From NCBI GenBank assembly GCA_045106645.1, contig JBGCEY010000039.1:1701-65700 (forward strand): a stretch of 64,000 nucleotides of DNA, read 5' to 3'. The position numbers were made by a program, and so were the translations under genes. Position 1 is the first letter of the stretch, and each line of letters begins with the position of its first letter. Shown piece after piece: positions 1-9,728 of the stretch. The notes under the pieces were generated by a model. The model ran no database searches, was not told the origin of the DNA, and was given only the letters and a program-made list of their open reading frames with translations. The DNA is from Ilumatobacter sp. (GTDB lineage Bacteria; Actinomycetota; Acidimicrobiia; Acidimicrobiales; Ilumatobacteraceae).

Positions 1-2
1 GC

Positions 3-761
3 ACGCTTGGCGGGCTGTCCACCGTCACTGTCTCCAGCGACTTCTTCTCGAACACGTCGGACGACAGCGAGCCCTCCGAGGTTGACCTGGCCCTCACCGA
101 TCCGATCGGTGACTGCGGTCGCGCCTTTGCTCGGCTCGACTTGACGCTGAACAACTCGATCGAGCAGGTGCCCGGGTTCGAATCGCAGATCATCGGGGTG
201 TTCAGCGGCGCAGACCCGGCGGGAAGCGACCTGTACTTCACGGAGGTCGAACTGCTCAACGATCGCATCGCCGCGCTGTGGAATCGAGTCGCTGACCCCA
301 TTGCATTGCCCGTGGAGCTCATCGATGAAGCGTTCGCATTGATTCGCGATGTGGAAGCAGCCGAGGACGCCTGGGTTGCCGACGCATGTACGACGAAGCC
401 TGACTTCGCGAACGCTTTGACGCTGTTGACCGCGTCGGTGATCGAGCGTGTGCTCTCCGATGTCGAGAACGGTGGGCTCGAAGCAGTGGATCGTGGCGTC
501 CTCGTCGAGCAGAGCCTCGAACTCGGTCTGCGTTCGGGCGCCCTTGGTTCCGGCACGAAGATCCGAGCTCGTGCCATGGCGATTGCCGAGCGAGCCGAAG
601 CTGCATTGGCTGATGTGTTCGACGAGGTAACCACCGGACCCAGCCCGTCGCAGTTCCTCGCCAACGAGACCGCACTCGCTGCCGAACAGTACGGATGGAC
701 GCTGACGAACTCAGCAGGAGTGACCTCCACCGACTTCCTCACCACGATCGGGAGCGAGTGA
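3..761 (+). CDS. C-terminal part of a hypothetical protein truncated by the window edge
   Basis: Frame 3 is open from base 3 (TLGGLSTVTVSSDFF...) to TGA at 759-761, so the listed start at 141 is internal. Acidic and helical; no family recognised. Confidence 0.7.
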   Translation, partial: TLGGLSTVTVSSDFFSNTSDDSEPSEVDLALTDPIGDCGRAFARLDLTLNNSIEQVPGFESQIIGVFSGADPAGSDLYFTEVELLNDRIAALWNRVADPIALPVELIDEAFALIRDVEAAEDAWVADACTTKPDFANALTLLTASVIERVLSDVENGGLEAVDRGVLVEQSLELGLRSGALGSGTKIRARAMAIAERAEAALADVFDEVTTGPSPSQFLANETALAAEQYGWTLTNSAGVTSTDFLTTIGSE

Positions 762-763
762 CC

Positions 764-1315
764 ATGCGCACTGCACGAACACGCACACTTGCTGCCTTGG
801 CCGCCGGGATGATGTTGGCTGCCACTGCCTGCTCCTCGGACGTCAGCGATACCGCAACGCCCGACGACGACCAGGTGGCGGTGACCGAGGCTGAGGTCGA
901 GGCCGAGGCTGAGATCGGTGCCGAGATTGACACCGAATCCGAGGCCGAAATCGATGGTGAGGCTCCCGACCCCACCGAACCCCCGACTACCGAACAGCCG
1001 GTCAGCGTCGCACCTCCGCTGGTACCCAACCTTGCGGTGATCGAACAGTTGACCGAGCTCGCACAGGCCGGCGAACAGCCGCTGCTCGCATGGTCAGCCG
1101 TCGAAGGTGCCGACAGCTACCGCCTCGTGGTGCGCGACGGCGCGGGCGATGCCTACTGGGCGTGGTCGGGCACCGAGACCGAAGTGTTCCTCGGCGGCGG
1201 CGCATCGCGCGACGGTGCCGGCGCTCGCGTTCCAGACGGAGGCGAGTGGTCGATCATCGCCCGCGACACGGACGGCGCGACCATTGCCACATCGGGATGG
1301 ACCCCACTCACCTGA
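764..1315 (+). CDS. Putative lipoprotein with acidic low-complexity linker
   Basis: ATG 764 lies 2 nt after the upstream stop. Signal peptide MRTARTRTLAALAAGMMLAATA-C with lipobox-like Cys, an EAEVEAEAEI repeat linker and a beta-rich C-terminal domain. Confidence 0.75.
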   Translation: MRTARTRTLAALAAGMMLAATACSSDVSDTATPDDDQVAVTEAEVEAEAEIGAEIDTESEAEIDGEAPDPTEPPTTEQPVSVAPPLVPNLAVIEQLTELAQAGEQPLLAWSAVEGADSYRLVVRDGAGDAYWAWSGTETEVFLGGGASRDGAGARVPDGGEWSIIARDTDGATIATSGWTPLT

Positions 1316-1444
1316 CGCAGCGAGAGGTCGTGTCGGGTTTGACTTGATGCGGACCGTTGGCCACGATGCTGCAGTGAGTGAGACTCGAACCGACCGTTGG
1401 ATCGCCCCGGAGCACGACATCGTCGTGTCCAACGGAGTCGGGTC

Positions 1445-2317
1445 ATGAAGGGTGACGGCGCGTCATTCCTGGCAGCAGCGATCGCGGTCGGGCTCGCCAT
1501 CGGAGCTGCGTTCGTCGTCAGCGGCGACAGCATCCAGTGGGCGGGGTTGCCTGCGATCGTGTGGTGCGCGCTGTTGGCGGTCGGAATCAACCTCGTGGCG
1601 TTCGTCCCGTCGTGGCGAGCACAGACCGAGAAGTACTTCGACCTGACGGGGAGCCTGACCTACATCACCGTCACCGGATTCGCGCTTGCGTTGAGCAACC
1701 GAGGCGAGGCGACGTCATGGTTGCTGGCGGCGCTCGTCGTGGTCTGGGCCGGGCGACTCGGCACATTTCTCTTCAAGAGAATCAGCGCTGATCACGTCGA
1801 TCGCCGCTTCGACAAGATCAAGGTGAACCCGGCGCTGCTGCTGCGAACGTGGGCGCTCCAAGGGCTGTGGGTGACACTCACGGCGCTTGCGGCATGGACG
1901 GCGATCACCTCGGCGGACGAGGCGCCATTCGGTGTGCTCACGGTCATCGGGCTGATCGTGTGGGTACTCGGCTTCGGTATCGAAGTGAAAGCCGACACCG
2001 AGAAGAGTGCGTTCAAGAAGGATCCCGCCAACGACACCAGATTCATCTCGACAGGAATCTGGGCGTGGTCACGCCACCCGAACTACTTCGGAGAGATCAC
2101 GCTGTGGATCGGCGTTGCACTCATTGCAGTCCCCGCATTCGACGGAGCTGAGTACGTGGCGCTGATCTCACCGCTCTTCGTTGCGCTGCTGTTGATCAAG
2201 GTGTCCGGCATTCCGTTGCTCGAGCGCCGAGGCAAGAAGCGATGGGGAGACGACCCCGAGTACCAGGCGTACTGCGAGAACGTCCCCGTGCTCGTGTTGC
2301 GCCCGCCTCGACGCTGA
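1445..2317 (+). CDS. DUF1295 / steroid 5-alpha-reductase-like membrane protein
   Basis: Multi-TM protein with WAGRLG, DRRFD and the C-terminal FISTGIWAWSRHPNYFGE motif. Confidence 0.85.
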   Translation: MKGDGASFLAAAIAVGLAIGAAFVVSGDSIQWAGLPAIVWCALLAVGINLVAFVPSWRAQTEKYFDLTGSLTYITVTGFALALSNRGEATSWLLAALVVVWAGRLGTFLFKRISADHVDRRFDKIKVNPALLLRTWALQGLWVTLTALAAWTAITSADEAPFGVLTVIGLIVWVLGFGIEVKADTEKSAFKKDPANDTRFISTGIWAWSRHPNYFGEITLWIGVALIAVPAFDGAEYVALISPLFVALLLIKVSGIPLLERRGKKRWGDDPEYQAYCENVPVLVLRPPRR

Positions 2318-2334
2318 ACCCGGTTGCGGACCGG

Positions 2335-2592
2335 TCAGCGCTGCGGACGTTTGGGGATCATTGCCGGCACTGCGGCTGCCGACGAACCGCTGAGCAGGTC
2401 ACTGGCATCAGGCGCCCGTGCCGCCACGTTTTCCTTCGAGATCTCGGAGTAGATCTCCTCTCGATGAACCGTGATGTGACGCGGCGCGTCGACGCCGAGT
2501 CGCACCTGCTCGCCTGACGACTCGATCACGGTGACGATGGTGTCGTCGGCAATGACGATGCTCTGTCCGACCTTGCGCGTGAGGATCAGCAT
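2335..2592 (-). CDS. csrA: Carbon storage regulator (RNA-binding translational regulator)
   Basis: [14 protein letters not shown]...[19 protein letters not shown] is the canonical CsrA sequence; adjacent to fliW. Confidence 0.97.
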   Translation of the reverse strand: MLILTRKVGQSIVIADDTIVTVIESSGEQVRLGVDAPRHITVHREEIYSEISKENVAARAPDASDLLSGSSAAAVPAMIPKRPQR

Positions 2593-3065
2593 CAGAGTGC
2601 CTCCGCCGACCGTGATTCCGCCAGCGGCGCCTGGACCGGCCAGTCGCCGTCTTCGAGGATCACCTGTTTGCCGACTCGATTGCGCTGATCGATCACGATC
2701 GGAGCGAGCAGGTTCGAGGTGAGCATTGCTGACTCGCCGTCACGACGAACGGTGACGATGGTGAGCACACACACGTCCTCGGGCTCGGTGGAGCCGAAGA
2801 TCTCCGGATCCAGATCCGGCTCGATGTCGTAGTCGGGATATGCGGACCACGGCACAGTGGTGAGGAACGCCAGGTCGGGATCGCTGGTGTCTTGCAGCCA
2901 GAACAACGTCGGGTGGTTGTCGCCACCTTCGGCGCCCAACAGGTCACCACCGGCGATGACGACCATCTCTCGCCGGCCCGCGAACCCAGGGATTCCATCA
3001 GGGAAGACAACGAGGTCGTCGGGTTGAGCTTCGATCGCACCGAAGCGCGTGGTGTCGACATGCAT
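2592..3065 (-). CDS. fliW: Flagellar assembly factor FliW (CsrA antagonist)
   Basis: TTRFGAIE...FPDGIPGF...FWLQ...AFL...NLLAPIVI motifs. GAGGAGG SD precedes ATG 3065; its stop overlaps the csrA start. Confidence 0.93.
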   Translation of the reverse strand: MHVDTTRFGAIEAQPDDLVVFPDGIPGFAGRREMVVIAGGDLLGAEGGDNHPTLFWLQDTSDPDLAFLTTVPWSAYPDYDIEPDLDPEIFGSTEPEDVCVLTIVTVRRDGESAMLTSNLLAPIVIDQRNRVGKQVILEDGDWPVQAPLAESRSAEAL

Positions 3066-3214
3066 GTGGAGATCCTCCTCAGGACGTTCGAAGTATCGCG
3101 TGCGGACAGCCTGCACGACAACGATCGATTACTCCGGACTGTACGAACCGTCCGGCGTTGTGTGTCGGATGCACACAGCCCGCCACAGAGAAACAGCTTC
3201 GCACCACACACCTT

Positions 3215-5341
3215 ATGAAGACTTCACGCCTTGCCCAGATCGGCTTCCCCGGCATCATCGTCCTCGTCGTGACGGTGATGATCCTGCCGTTGCCGTCGAG
3301 CATCCTCGACCTCTTGATCGTGGCGAACATCTCGACCGCGGTCCTGATCCTGCTCGTTGCGACGAGCGTCAACAAGGCAGTGGAGTTCTCGTCGTTCCCG
3401 TCGCTGCTCCTGGTGGTGACGCTGGTTCGAATCGGCCTGAACGTCTCGACGTCTCGCGCCATTCTGTCCAGCGGCGATGCCGGTGACGTGATCAAGACCT
3501 TCGGCTCGTTCGTGGTCGGCGGCAGCATCATCGTGGGCTTCGTGATCTTCTTGATCATCACGCTCGTGCAGTTCGTGGTGATCTCGAACGGTTCCGGTCG
3601 AGTTGCCGAAGTGTCGGCCCGCTTCACCCTCGATGCCATGCCCGGCAAGCAGATGGCAATCGACGCCGACTTGAACGCCGGCGTGCTCACCGATGAAGAA
3701 GCCAAGGTTCGCCGCAAGGAAGTGGCTGAAGAAGCCGACTTCTACGGCGCCATGGACGGCGCCTCCAAGTTCGTCAAGGGCGATGCCATTGCCGGTCTCG
3801 TGATCACGCTCGTGAACCTCGTCGGCGGGTTGCTCGTCGGCGTGGTTCAGCAGGGCATGGACATGGGGGACGCCGTTGTCACCTACAGCCTGTTGACCGT
3901 TGGCGACGGCCTGGTCGCTCAGATTCCAGCGCTGCTCGTATCGATCTCCTCCGGTCTCATCGTGACCCGATCCGCTGGCGGCACCGGCGACCTCGGCTCC
4001 GATGTGCTCGGCCAATTCGCTCGACAGGGTTCCGCTGTGCGCTCCGGTGGCGCCGTGATCCTGCTGATGATGCTGGTTCCTGGACTGCCCAAGATCCCGT
4101 TCTTGATCATCGGGTTGGCGCTCATCGCGACCGGGCAACGCCTCATCAACCGCCCCGAGACCATCGAGGTCCCCGAGCTCGAACCAGCCGACGAGCCGGT
4201 GGAGCCGCCGACCGCTCAAGACATCGCCACCGAGTCGCGAGTGGAACCCCTCGAGCTGGATCTGGCCTACGACATGATCGAACTCGTCGACCCGTCGATC
4301 GGAGGCGACCTGCTCGACCGGGTGGGGGCGCTGCGCCGCAAGATTGCCGGCGAGCTCGGTTTCGTCATGCCCGCCATCCGAACCCGAGACGATTCGGGCC
4401 TGGCCCCGAACACGTACCTGATCCGTGTCCACGGCGTGGAAGTCGGTCGGGGTCAGGCGCCTCCCGGACAGATCTTGGTGATCGGTGATGATCTGGCTTT
4501 CCTGCCGGGCGAAGCCTGTGTGGAGCCGGTGTTCGGACTCGACGCCAAGTGGGTGCCGAGCGAGTTCCAGAGCGCTGCGGAACAGTCGGGTAACACCGTG
4601 GTCGATCGCTCCGCCCTGGTGGTGACCCACCTTGCCGAGGTCGTTCGCCGCCGAGCGGGCCGACTCCTGTCGCGCTCCGACGTTGCTGCACTGCTCGAAA
4701 GTGTCGGTGAATCCGATCCCGCCGTGATCGAGGACCTGACCACCGCTGGAGTCACCAACGGCGAAGTGCAATCCGTGCTCGCTGCGTTGCTCGATGACGG
4801 CGTGGCCATCCGCGACCTCATCCGCATCGTGGAGACGATCTCGGATCGAGCCAGGATCAATCGGTCGACCGACTCACTGGTCGCAGCGTGCCGAGAGACG
4901 CTCGGTCCGGCGCTGTCGACGAGCTTGGCGCTCGACGGCTCGCTCGACGTGGTGACCATGGCTCCGATGTTGGAGAGCACGCTCGCATCAGCGGTCGACC
5001 AGACCGAGGCCGGCGTGGTGCTGCGTATCGGCCCCGACCTGCACGATCACCTCGCCAACGAGATGCGCCGCGTCGTCGGCGCTCACGCAGGCCGACCCGG
5101 AGCGCTCGCACTCGTGTGTTCCCCGGGGCTTCGCGGCCCGCTGGCCAAGGTCGTCCAACAGTTCCAATCCGGTGTCTCGGTGCTCTCGTACCAAGAGATC
5201 GGCGACCATTTGGTCGTCGAGCTTGTGGACACCTTGACAGATCCACCTCGGGCCGGACTGTCGGGTCCAACGCAATCCGCCCAACCCACCGCAATGACTC
5301 CAGGAGGAGTGAACGATGACCGACTTGCTTTCACAGGCTGA
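3215..5341 (+). CDS. flhA: Flagellar export apparatus protein FlhA
   Basis: FHIPEP signature EVSARFTLDAMPGKQMAIDADLNAG, DFYGAMDGASKFVKGDAIAG, about 8 TM segments and a cytoplasmic domain; flagellar context. Confidence 0.97.
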   Translation: MKTSRLAQIGFPGIIVLVVTVMILPLPSSILDLLIVANISTAVLILLVATSVNKAVEFSSFPSLLLVVTLVRIGLNVSTSRAILSSGDAGDVIKTFGSFVVGGSIIVGFVIFLIITLVQFVVISNGSGRVAEVSARFTLDAMPGKQMAIDADLNAGVLTDEEAKVRRKEVAEEADFYGAMDGASKFVKGDAIAGLVITLVNLVGGLLVGVVQQGMDMGDAVVTYSLLTVGDGLVAQIPALLVSISSGLIVTRSAGGTGDLGSDVLGQFARQGSAVRSGGAVILLMMLVPGLPKIPFLIIGLALIATGQRLINRPETIEVPELEPADEPVEPPTAQDIATESRVEPLELDLAYDMIELVDPSIGGDLLDRVGALRRKIAGELGFVMPAIRTRDDSGLAPNTYLIRVHGVEVGRGQAPPGQILVIGDDLAFLPGEACVEPVFGLDAKWVPSEFQSAAEQSGNTVVDRSALVVTHLAEVVRRRAGRLLSRSDVAALLESVGESDPAVIEDLTTAGVTNGEVQSVLAALLDDGVAIRDLIRIVETISDRARINRSTDSLVAACRETLGPALSTSLALDGSLDVVTMAPMLESTLASAVDQTEAGVVLRIGPDLHDHLANEMRRVVGAHAGRPGALALVCSPGLRGPLAKVVQQFQSGVSVLSYQEIGDHLVVELVDTLTDPPRAGLSGPTQSAQPTAMTPGGVNDDRLAFTG

Positions 5342-6398
5342 CCAACAGCACGACGCTGCGACGTCGAGCGACGAACCAGGGGTCGAGCGCCGCAAGTACC
5401 GGGCGTCGACACTCGACGAGGCGGTCGCCGAAGCACGAGCCGAAATGGGCCCCGAGGTCGAACTCGTCGAGGCGCACCGCGTCCGGCGCGGTGGACTCGG
5501 TGGGTTCTTCGCCACCGATCTCGGTGTAGAGATCACTGCAGTGCGGCGCGTGCCGACCCCGCCGAGCGGGCTCGCCACACCCGGGGCCAGCACGAAACGG
5601 ATCGTCACCGGTATCGACAAGCTGATGGAGACCGCCGGGGCAATCGACGCTGCCGATGCCCTCACGTGGTCGGATGCGCCCGCAGTACCTGCCGCACCTG
5701 TGGCACCGTCGTTCGAATCGCAACTGCTCGTTGCCGAGTACGACATCGTCGCCGAACCGGCACCCAGCGCCCCGGTCGCAAGCGCAGCAACACCGCTGAT
5801 CACGGCTGATCTCCAGCCTGCTGCCATGGATATCACCACGGGTTGGCCTCAGCCGTCCTCGTCGGCTTCCACGCCGCTGGTTGCGCCGACTGAGCTCGTT
5901 GGTCGTGCTGCCCCAGTTGCGCCACCCGCGCCCGCTCCGGCTGTGCCTCGCGCCGCTGAGCAGGTCGTGTACGACAACTTCGAGTTCGGCGAGGACGCAG
6001 CGTTGCGAGATCCGTCGCAACCCGTCAAGCGTCACGATCTCGATGTGCTCGACCTCGACGACTTCGGTGCTGCTCGCGGTGTGCAGCTCGCACCTCCGTC
6101 AGCCCAGCTGAACCCGATGGTCAGCCAGGGCATGGGCTCGATGGACGAACTCGACGCCCTGCTGCAGGGAGTCGGAATCGACCTTGCTTCGATTCGTGTC
6201 GGTTCGGCTGTTGCGCAGCCGAGTGCAACGATGCCGCTCGAAGATGTCGCCATGCTCACCACCGCCCAGCTGGTGAAGAGCGTGGTTGCACTCGATCACG
6301 TGCCGCAGAACGTTGCACAGGTCACCGTGTCGATGACCACGCACGATGGCACCAGCGTCTGCGTTGCCGCCGAGCTGACCAACGCCCGTCATGGCTGA
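5316..6398 (+). CDS. FlhF-like protein: N-terminal motif only, no SRP-GTPase domain
   Basis: KYRASTLDEAVAEARAEMGPEVELVEAHRVRRGGLGGFF resembles the FlhF N-terminus and the gene follows flhA. The rest is Pro/Ala-rich with no GxxGxGKT P-loop. Confidence 0.6.
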   Translation: MTDLLSQADQQHDAATSSDEPGVERRKYRASTLDEAVAEARAEMGPEVELVEAHRVRRGGLGGFFATDLGVEITAVRRVPTPPSGLATPGASTKRIVTGIDKLMETAGAIDAADALTWSDAPAVPAAPVAPSFESQLLVAEYDIVAEPAPSAPVASAATPLITADLQPAAMDITTGWPQPSSSASTPLVAPTELVGRAAPVAPPAPAPAVPRAAEQVVYDNFEFGEDAALRDPSQPVKRHDLDVLDLDDFGAARGVQLAPPSAQLNPMVSQGMGSMDELDALLQGVGIDLASIRVGSAVAQPSATMPLEDVAMLTTAQLVKSVVALDHVPQNVAQVTVSMTTHDGTSVCVAAELTNARHG

Positions 6399-6693
6399 AG
6401 ACTCCACGGCGGTGTCAAGCGGCGAAGGGCCGCAGCCTGAATTCCACATCGTGGTGCGCCACCCCGGCAAGCGAGGGCCGCTCGGCCCGTACCGACTGAT
6501 CATGGTCGTCGCCGTCGTGCTCCTGGTGTTCGGCTCGACCCTGTGGTCGATGATCAGTACCGGCAACCCCGACGACGGTGTCCTGCTCCGTGCCGGCATC
6601 GTCGGCCTGATCGTGTGGATCACCAGCGGTGTCGTCGACTCGGCGCTCGCAGCTGCCGACTCAGCAACCCCGCTGAACGACGACCGTCACTGA
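6391..6693 (+). CDS. Small two-TM hypothetical membrane protein
   Basis: Two hydrophobic helices; start overlaps the end of the flhF-like gene. Confidence 0.7.
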   Translation: MAEDSTAVSSGEGPQPEFHIVVRHPGKRGPLGPYRLIMVVAVVLLVFGSTLWSMISTGNPDDGVLLRAGIVGLIVWITSGVVDSALAAADSATPLNDDRH

Positions 6694-6934
6694 CCTCACT
6701 TCATCGCCGTCGGGCATGCCCGCCGTTGCATAGCAAGGGCCCGACCTGTGGGGCTGGTGAATTCGAAGCCGACTTGGGTGTCAGAGACGGTGTAGTCGAT
6801 CGAGCCGGCAGCAGCCGCAAATCAATCCGTCGAGTGCGTAGGCGATCGGGAAACCGGCAGGACCAGGTGCAGGTCCGATCAGGCCGATCTTGTCGTCGCC
6901 ATCTTTCGGGGCGGGAGCATGAACCTGCGGCGAC

Positions 6935-7426
6935 CTACGTCTTGTCGAGGCCGAACCACGGCTCCGCTGCGAGGTCGCCTTCGAAGACCTCGCGGTCCTG
7001 GGCGTCAGCAACGGGCACGGCACTCGCCCGCTCGCGCAGGAGTGCAGCCTCGTCGAGTTGACCAAGGCAGGCGAGCGCTCGAGCTCGAGCTTCGAATGCG
7101 TACGCGTGGTCGAAGTCTGCGGCATCCGAACCGGATTCAGACAGGAAGTGCGCGACTCGGTCAGCGTGGTGAAGTGCAAGCTCGCCGTGGCCGAGTGTGG
7201 CGTGGCAGCGCGAGATGAGCCATGAGGCGCGCATTCGGTTCACCGGGGTGGAGTCGACGGCGCGCCTCCAGTGGTACGCAGAGGCGTACGCCCGCTCCAG
7301 CAAGTCGTCGGCGTCGTCAACGGTGAAGTCGCGGCCATCGAGCAGCTCCCACACGGAGTTGTTCGCGGTCACGGCTCGTGCGCGATGCTGGCCCGCCTCG
7401 TTGTCCTGCATGCTGTTGTCCTGCAT
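6935..7426 (-). CDS. Conserved-looking hypothetical helical protein (AYASAYHW motif)
   Basis: 163 aa ORF directly downstream of flgL with ERAYASAYHW...RASWLISR...DFDHAYAFEARARA. Alternative start at 7411. Confidence 0.7.
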   Translation of the reverse strand: MQDNSMQDNEAGQHRARAVTANNSVWELLDGRDFTVDDADDLLERAYASAYHWRRAVDSTPVNRMRASWLISRCHATLGHGELALHHADRVAHFLSESGSDAADFDHAYAFEARARALACLGQLDEAALLRERASAVPVADAQDREVFEGDLAAEPWFGLDKT

Positions 7427-7429
7427 GCT
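7401..7429. repeat. 15-bp-period tandem duplication
   Basis: TTGTCCTGCATGCT occurs at 7401-7414 and 7416-7429, encoding MQDNS-MQDNE on the minus strand. Confidence 0.85.
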
Positions 7430-7449
7430 CGGAGTCTGGCAGGAGTCGC

Positions 7450-8340
7450 TCAGCGCAGATATTCGCTGAGTGACGGTGGCATTGCTCGAGCAGCGGCGGC
7501 AAGTGCCGCCTGGTGCGCTGTTTCGAACGACGTCACGTCGATGACCGTCTCGGCCAAGTCGACATTCTCGATCGCACTCAGGCGTTCCAGGATGCCCTCC
7601 CGTCGAATGGCGCTGCGCGCATCGAGTTCCTCGAGCTGTGCAGCGCGCTGGCCGACTTCTGCGAGCGCAGCGCCCACGCGGAGGTGGGCCTGATCCAGGT
7701 TGGTGTGCTCGGCGTTGATCGCCGTGGTGTCGTTTGCATCGATTGCTGTGGCGAGTCGGTCGAGCACCGCGAACACGTCGCCGGTCACCGACGACTGATC
7801 ACCGAACGCCTGGAGGCCCGTGACGTTGGGTGCAATGCGCACGCCTTCTGCGACGGTGCGGCCTTGCACTGCGGTGTTGCCGTCGAACGCACCGGTCGTG
7901 ACGTCGTACGCCGGGCCCGCAGCGGTCCCGCCGAAGATCGAGCGACCGAGGTACTGGGTGTTGGCCTCAGACAAGAGCTGCTCTCGCATCGCTCGAACCT
8001 CGGCGGACAGTGCGGTGCGACTCGCTGTGTCCGACACGCCGGTGTTCGCGGCGCGAACGGCGAGTTCCTTCACGCGGATCATCGAGTTGGACACGCCGAG
8101 CAGCGTCGTGTCGGCGATTGCCAGACGAGTCTGGGTGTCGTCCGCAGTCTTGACCATCTGGTCGTGGCGGGCGATCTGGCCGCGCAGCACAAGAATGTCG
8201 GTGGCGGCACGAGGGTCGTCGGAGACACGTTCGAGCGCCTTGCCGGAGGCCATCTGGCGCTGGCTCGACTGCAGCCGTTCCAGCGAGGTCGAGAGGTCGC
8301 GCATGGTGTTGCGCAACGACATGGATGAGGTCACACGCAT
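7450..8340 (-). CDS. flgL: Flagellar hook-associated protein 3
   Basis: MRVTSSMS...QMASGKALERVSDDPRAA flagellin-like N-terminus; C-terminal IENVDLAETV...PPSLSEYLR; follows flgK. Confidence 0.93.
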   Translation of the reverse strand: MRVTSSMSLRNTMRDLSTSLERLQSSQRQMASGKALERVSDDPRAATDILVLRGQIARHDQMVKTADDTQTRLAIADTTLLGVSNSMIRVKELAVRAANTGVSDTASRTALSAEVRAMREQLLSEANTQYLGRSIFGGTAAGPAYDVTTGAFDGNTAVQGRTVAEGVRIAPNVTGLQAFGDQSSVTGDVFAVLDRLATAIDANDTTAINAEHTNLDQAHLRVGAALAEVGQRAAQLEELDARSAIRREGILERLSAIENVDLAETVIDVTSFETAHQAALAAAARAMPPSLSEYLR

Positions 8341-8368
8341 GGCATGCCTTTCGTTGAGTTGAACGTGA

Positions 8369-9727
8369 TCATCGGATCATTCCAATGACGGTCTGGAGCA
8401 TGTCGTCGACGATGTTGAGGACCCGAGCCGAGGCTTCGAAGCCTCGCTGCGCAGCCATCATCGTCGCCAATTCTTCGTCGAGACTGACGCCGCTGACGGA
8501 CTCGGCCTGGTCGAGTGCTCGATCTGCGATCTGCTGCGACGAGGTGGCTCGGCGCCCAGCGGCGTTGGTGTCCACGCCGAGCCCTGCCACGAGCGATCGA
8601 TATCCGGAGTCTGCCGTGCCGGTCGCCGACAAGTCGCCCAACAGCTGTGCCTGGCCTCCGTCGTAGAGGCCGGGAGCGGTCGGGCCGGGGAGCGCCGGAG
8701 CGCCAGCGGCGAGTCGATCGGGTTGGTCGATCACGTCAGCGGAGAGTGCAAGTGTCGCAGCGGTCGTACCGGCTGCGTCGAAGAAGTCGAGACCGGTCGT
8801 GCCGTTGAGGTCATACCCCTGACGGTGTGCGCTGTTCACCTCGGTCACGAGGTCCGAGACCACGGTGTCGAGTTGAGTTCGCACACTCGGGATGGTCTCG
8901 TTACGAAGTTGATTGAGCGATGCGAGTTCGCTCGGGCCCGGGCGCAGAGCGCCGCCGCCGACATCCCACACGAGGCCGCTGCCGTCTTGGCGCACGTCGT
9001 ACGACGCGCCGTTCCCCACGAGGAGTCGGCCGCCGATAGACACTGCCACTTGACCTCGGTCTGACTCTCGAACCTCGGCGCCGGCCATCCCGACGAGTTC
9101 TGAGGCGAGCCGATCGCGTTCGTCCATCAGGGAGTTGGCGGCGGTGGGGTTCGTCGCGATCGAACGATTCAGATCTGCGACCTGGGAGGCCAGCAGGTTG
9201 ATCTCTGACGCCATGGTTCCCAGACGGGTGTTGGCATCGGCATCGATGTTGGTCAAGTCTCGGTCGACCTGGCGGAATCGATCAGCGAGACTGGACGCCT
9301 GCGACAGCACCTCGGTGCGGGCAACGGTGTCGTCTGCCCGGTCTGCGAGGCCGCTCCAGGACACGAAGAACGTGTCGAGTTGTGCAGCGATCCCGTTCTC
9401 GGTCGGCTCACCGAAGACGTCTTCGATGCGAGTCATCGAGCTGTGCGTCGTCGATGCGTCGACAGCGGCCGCGACGCTTCGCTGTGCTCGGCTTTCCGCG
9501 GCTTGATCCAGCACTCGGCGAGTGTCGATGACTTCGACGCCGGTCACTCGAGAGCCTGGGCCGGTGAAGACCTGTGGGCCGCTGCCGATGTTGGCAGGAG
9601 CGACGTCGACCACCTGACGCCGATACCCGGGCGTCAGCTGATTGGTGACGTTGTGGGCAGCGGTGTCGAGCATTGCACGGTGTGCGTTCATGCCGGACAG
9701 CGCCGAGAAGATTCCGTTGATTGCCAT
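8369..9727 (-). CDS. flgK: Flagellar hook-associated protein 1
   Basis: AAHNVTNQLTPGYRRQ N-terminus and SGVSLDEELATMMAAQRGFEASARV C-terminus. ATG at 9727; the ORF-track extension to 10024 is spurious. Confidence 0.95.
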   Translation of the reverse strand: MAINGIFSALSGMNAHRAMLDTAAHNVTNQLTPGYRRQVVDVAPANIGSGPQVFTGPGSRVTGVEVIDTRRVLDQAAESRAQRSVAAAVDASTTHSSMTRIEDVFGEPTENGIAAQLDTFFVSWSGLADRADDTVARTEVLSQASSLADRFRQVDRDLTNIDADANTRLGTMASEINLLASQVADLNRSIATNPTAANSLMDERDRLASELVGMAGAEVRESDRGQVAVSIGGRLLVGNGASYDVRQDGSGLVWDVGGGALRPGPSELASLNQLRNETIPSVRTQLDTVVSDLVTEVNSAHRQGYDLNGTTGLDFFDAAGTTAATLALSADVIDQPDRLAAGAPALPGPTAPGLYDGGQAQLLGDLSATGTADSGYRSLVAGLGVDTNAAGRRATSSQQIADRALDQAESVSGVSLDEELATMMAAQRGFEASARVLNIVDDMLQTVIGMIR

Positions 9728-9728
9728 G

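Noticed and set aside
3224-4771. Long antisense or alternate-frame ORFs (e.g. 3224-4771, 15216-16835, 40525-42498, 47953-49701)
   Set aside because: They shadow well-supported genes, have no family motifs and are expected from high-GC codon bias.
3215-5341. Non-flagellar type III secretion (SctV)
   Set aside because: Neighbours are flgKL, motAB, fliL and fliW, all flagellum-specific.
6694-6934. Possible c-di-GMP riboswitch or sRNA in the 240-bp convergent gap (GATCGG...CCGATC inverted repeat, GGGAAACC)
   Set aside because: It lies between two 3' ends, and the GEMM pattern (GGCAAACC...GACGCAAAGC) could not be matched; an Infernal/Rfam scan would settle it.
7401-7429. 15-bp duplication as a phase-variation or regulatory element
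   Set aside because: Only two copies, in-frame, at a variable N-terminus; most likely neutral slippage.
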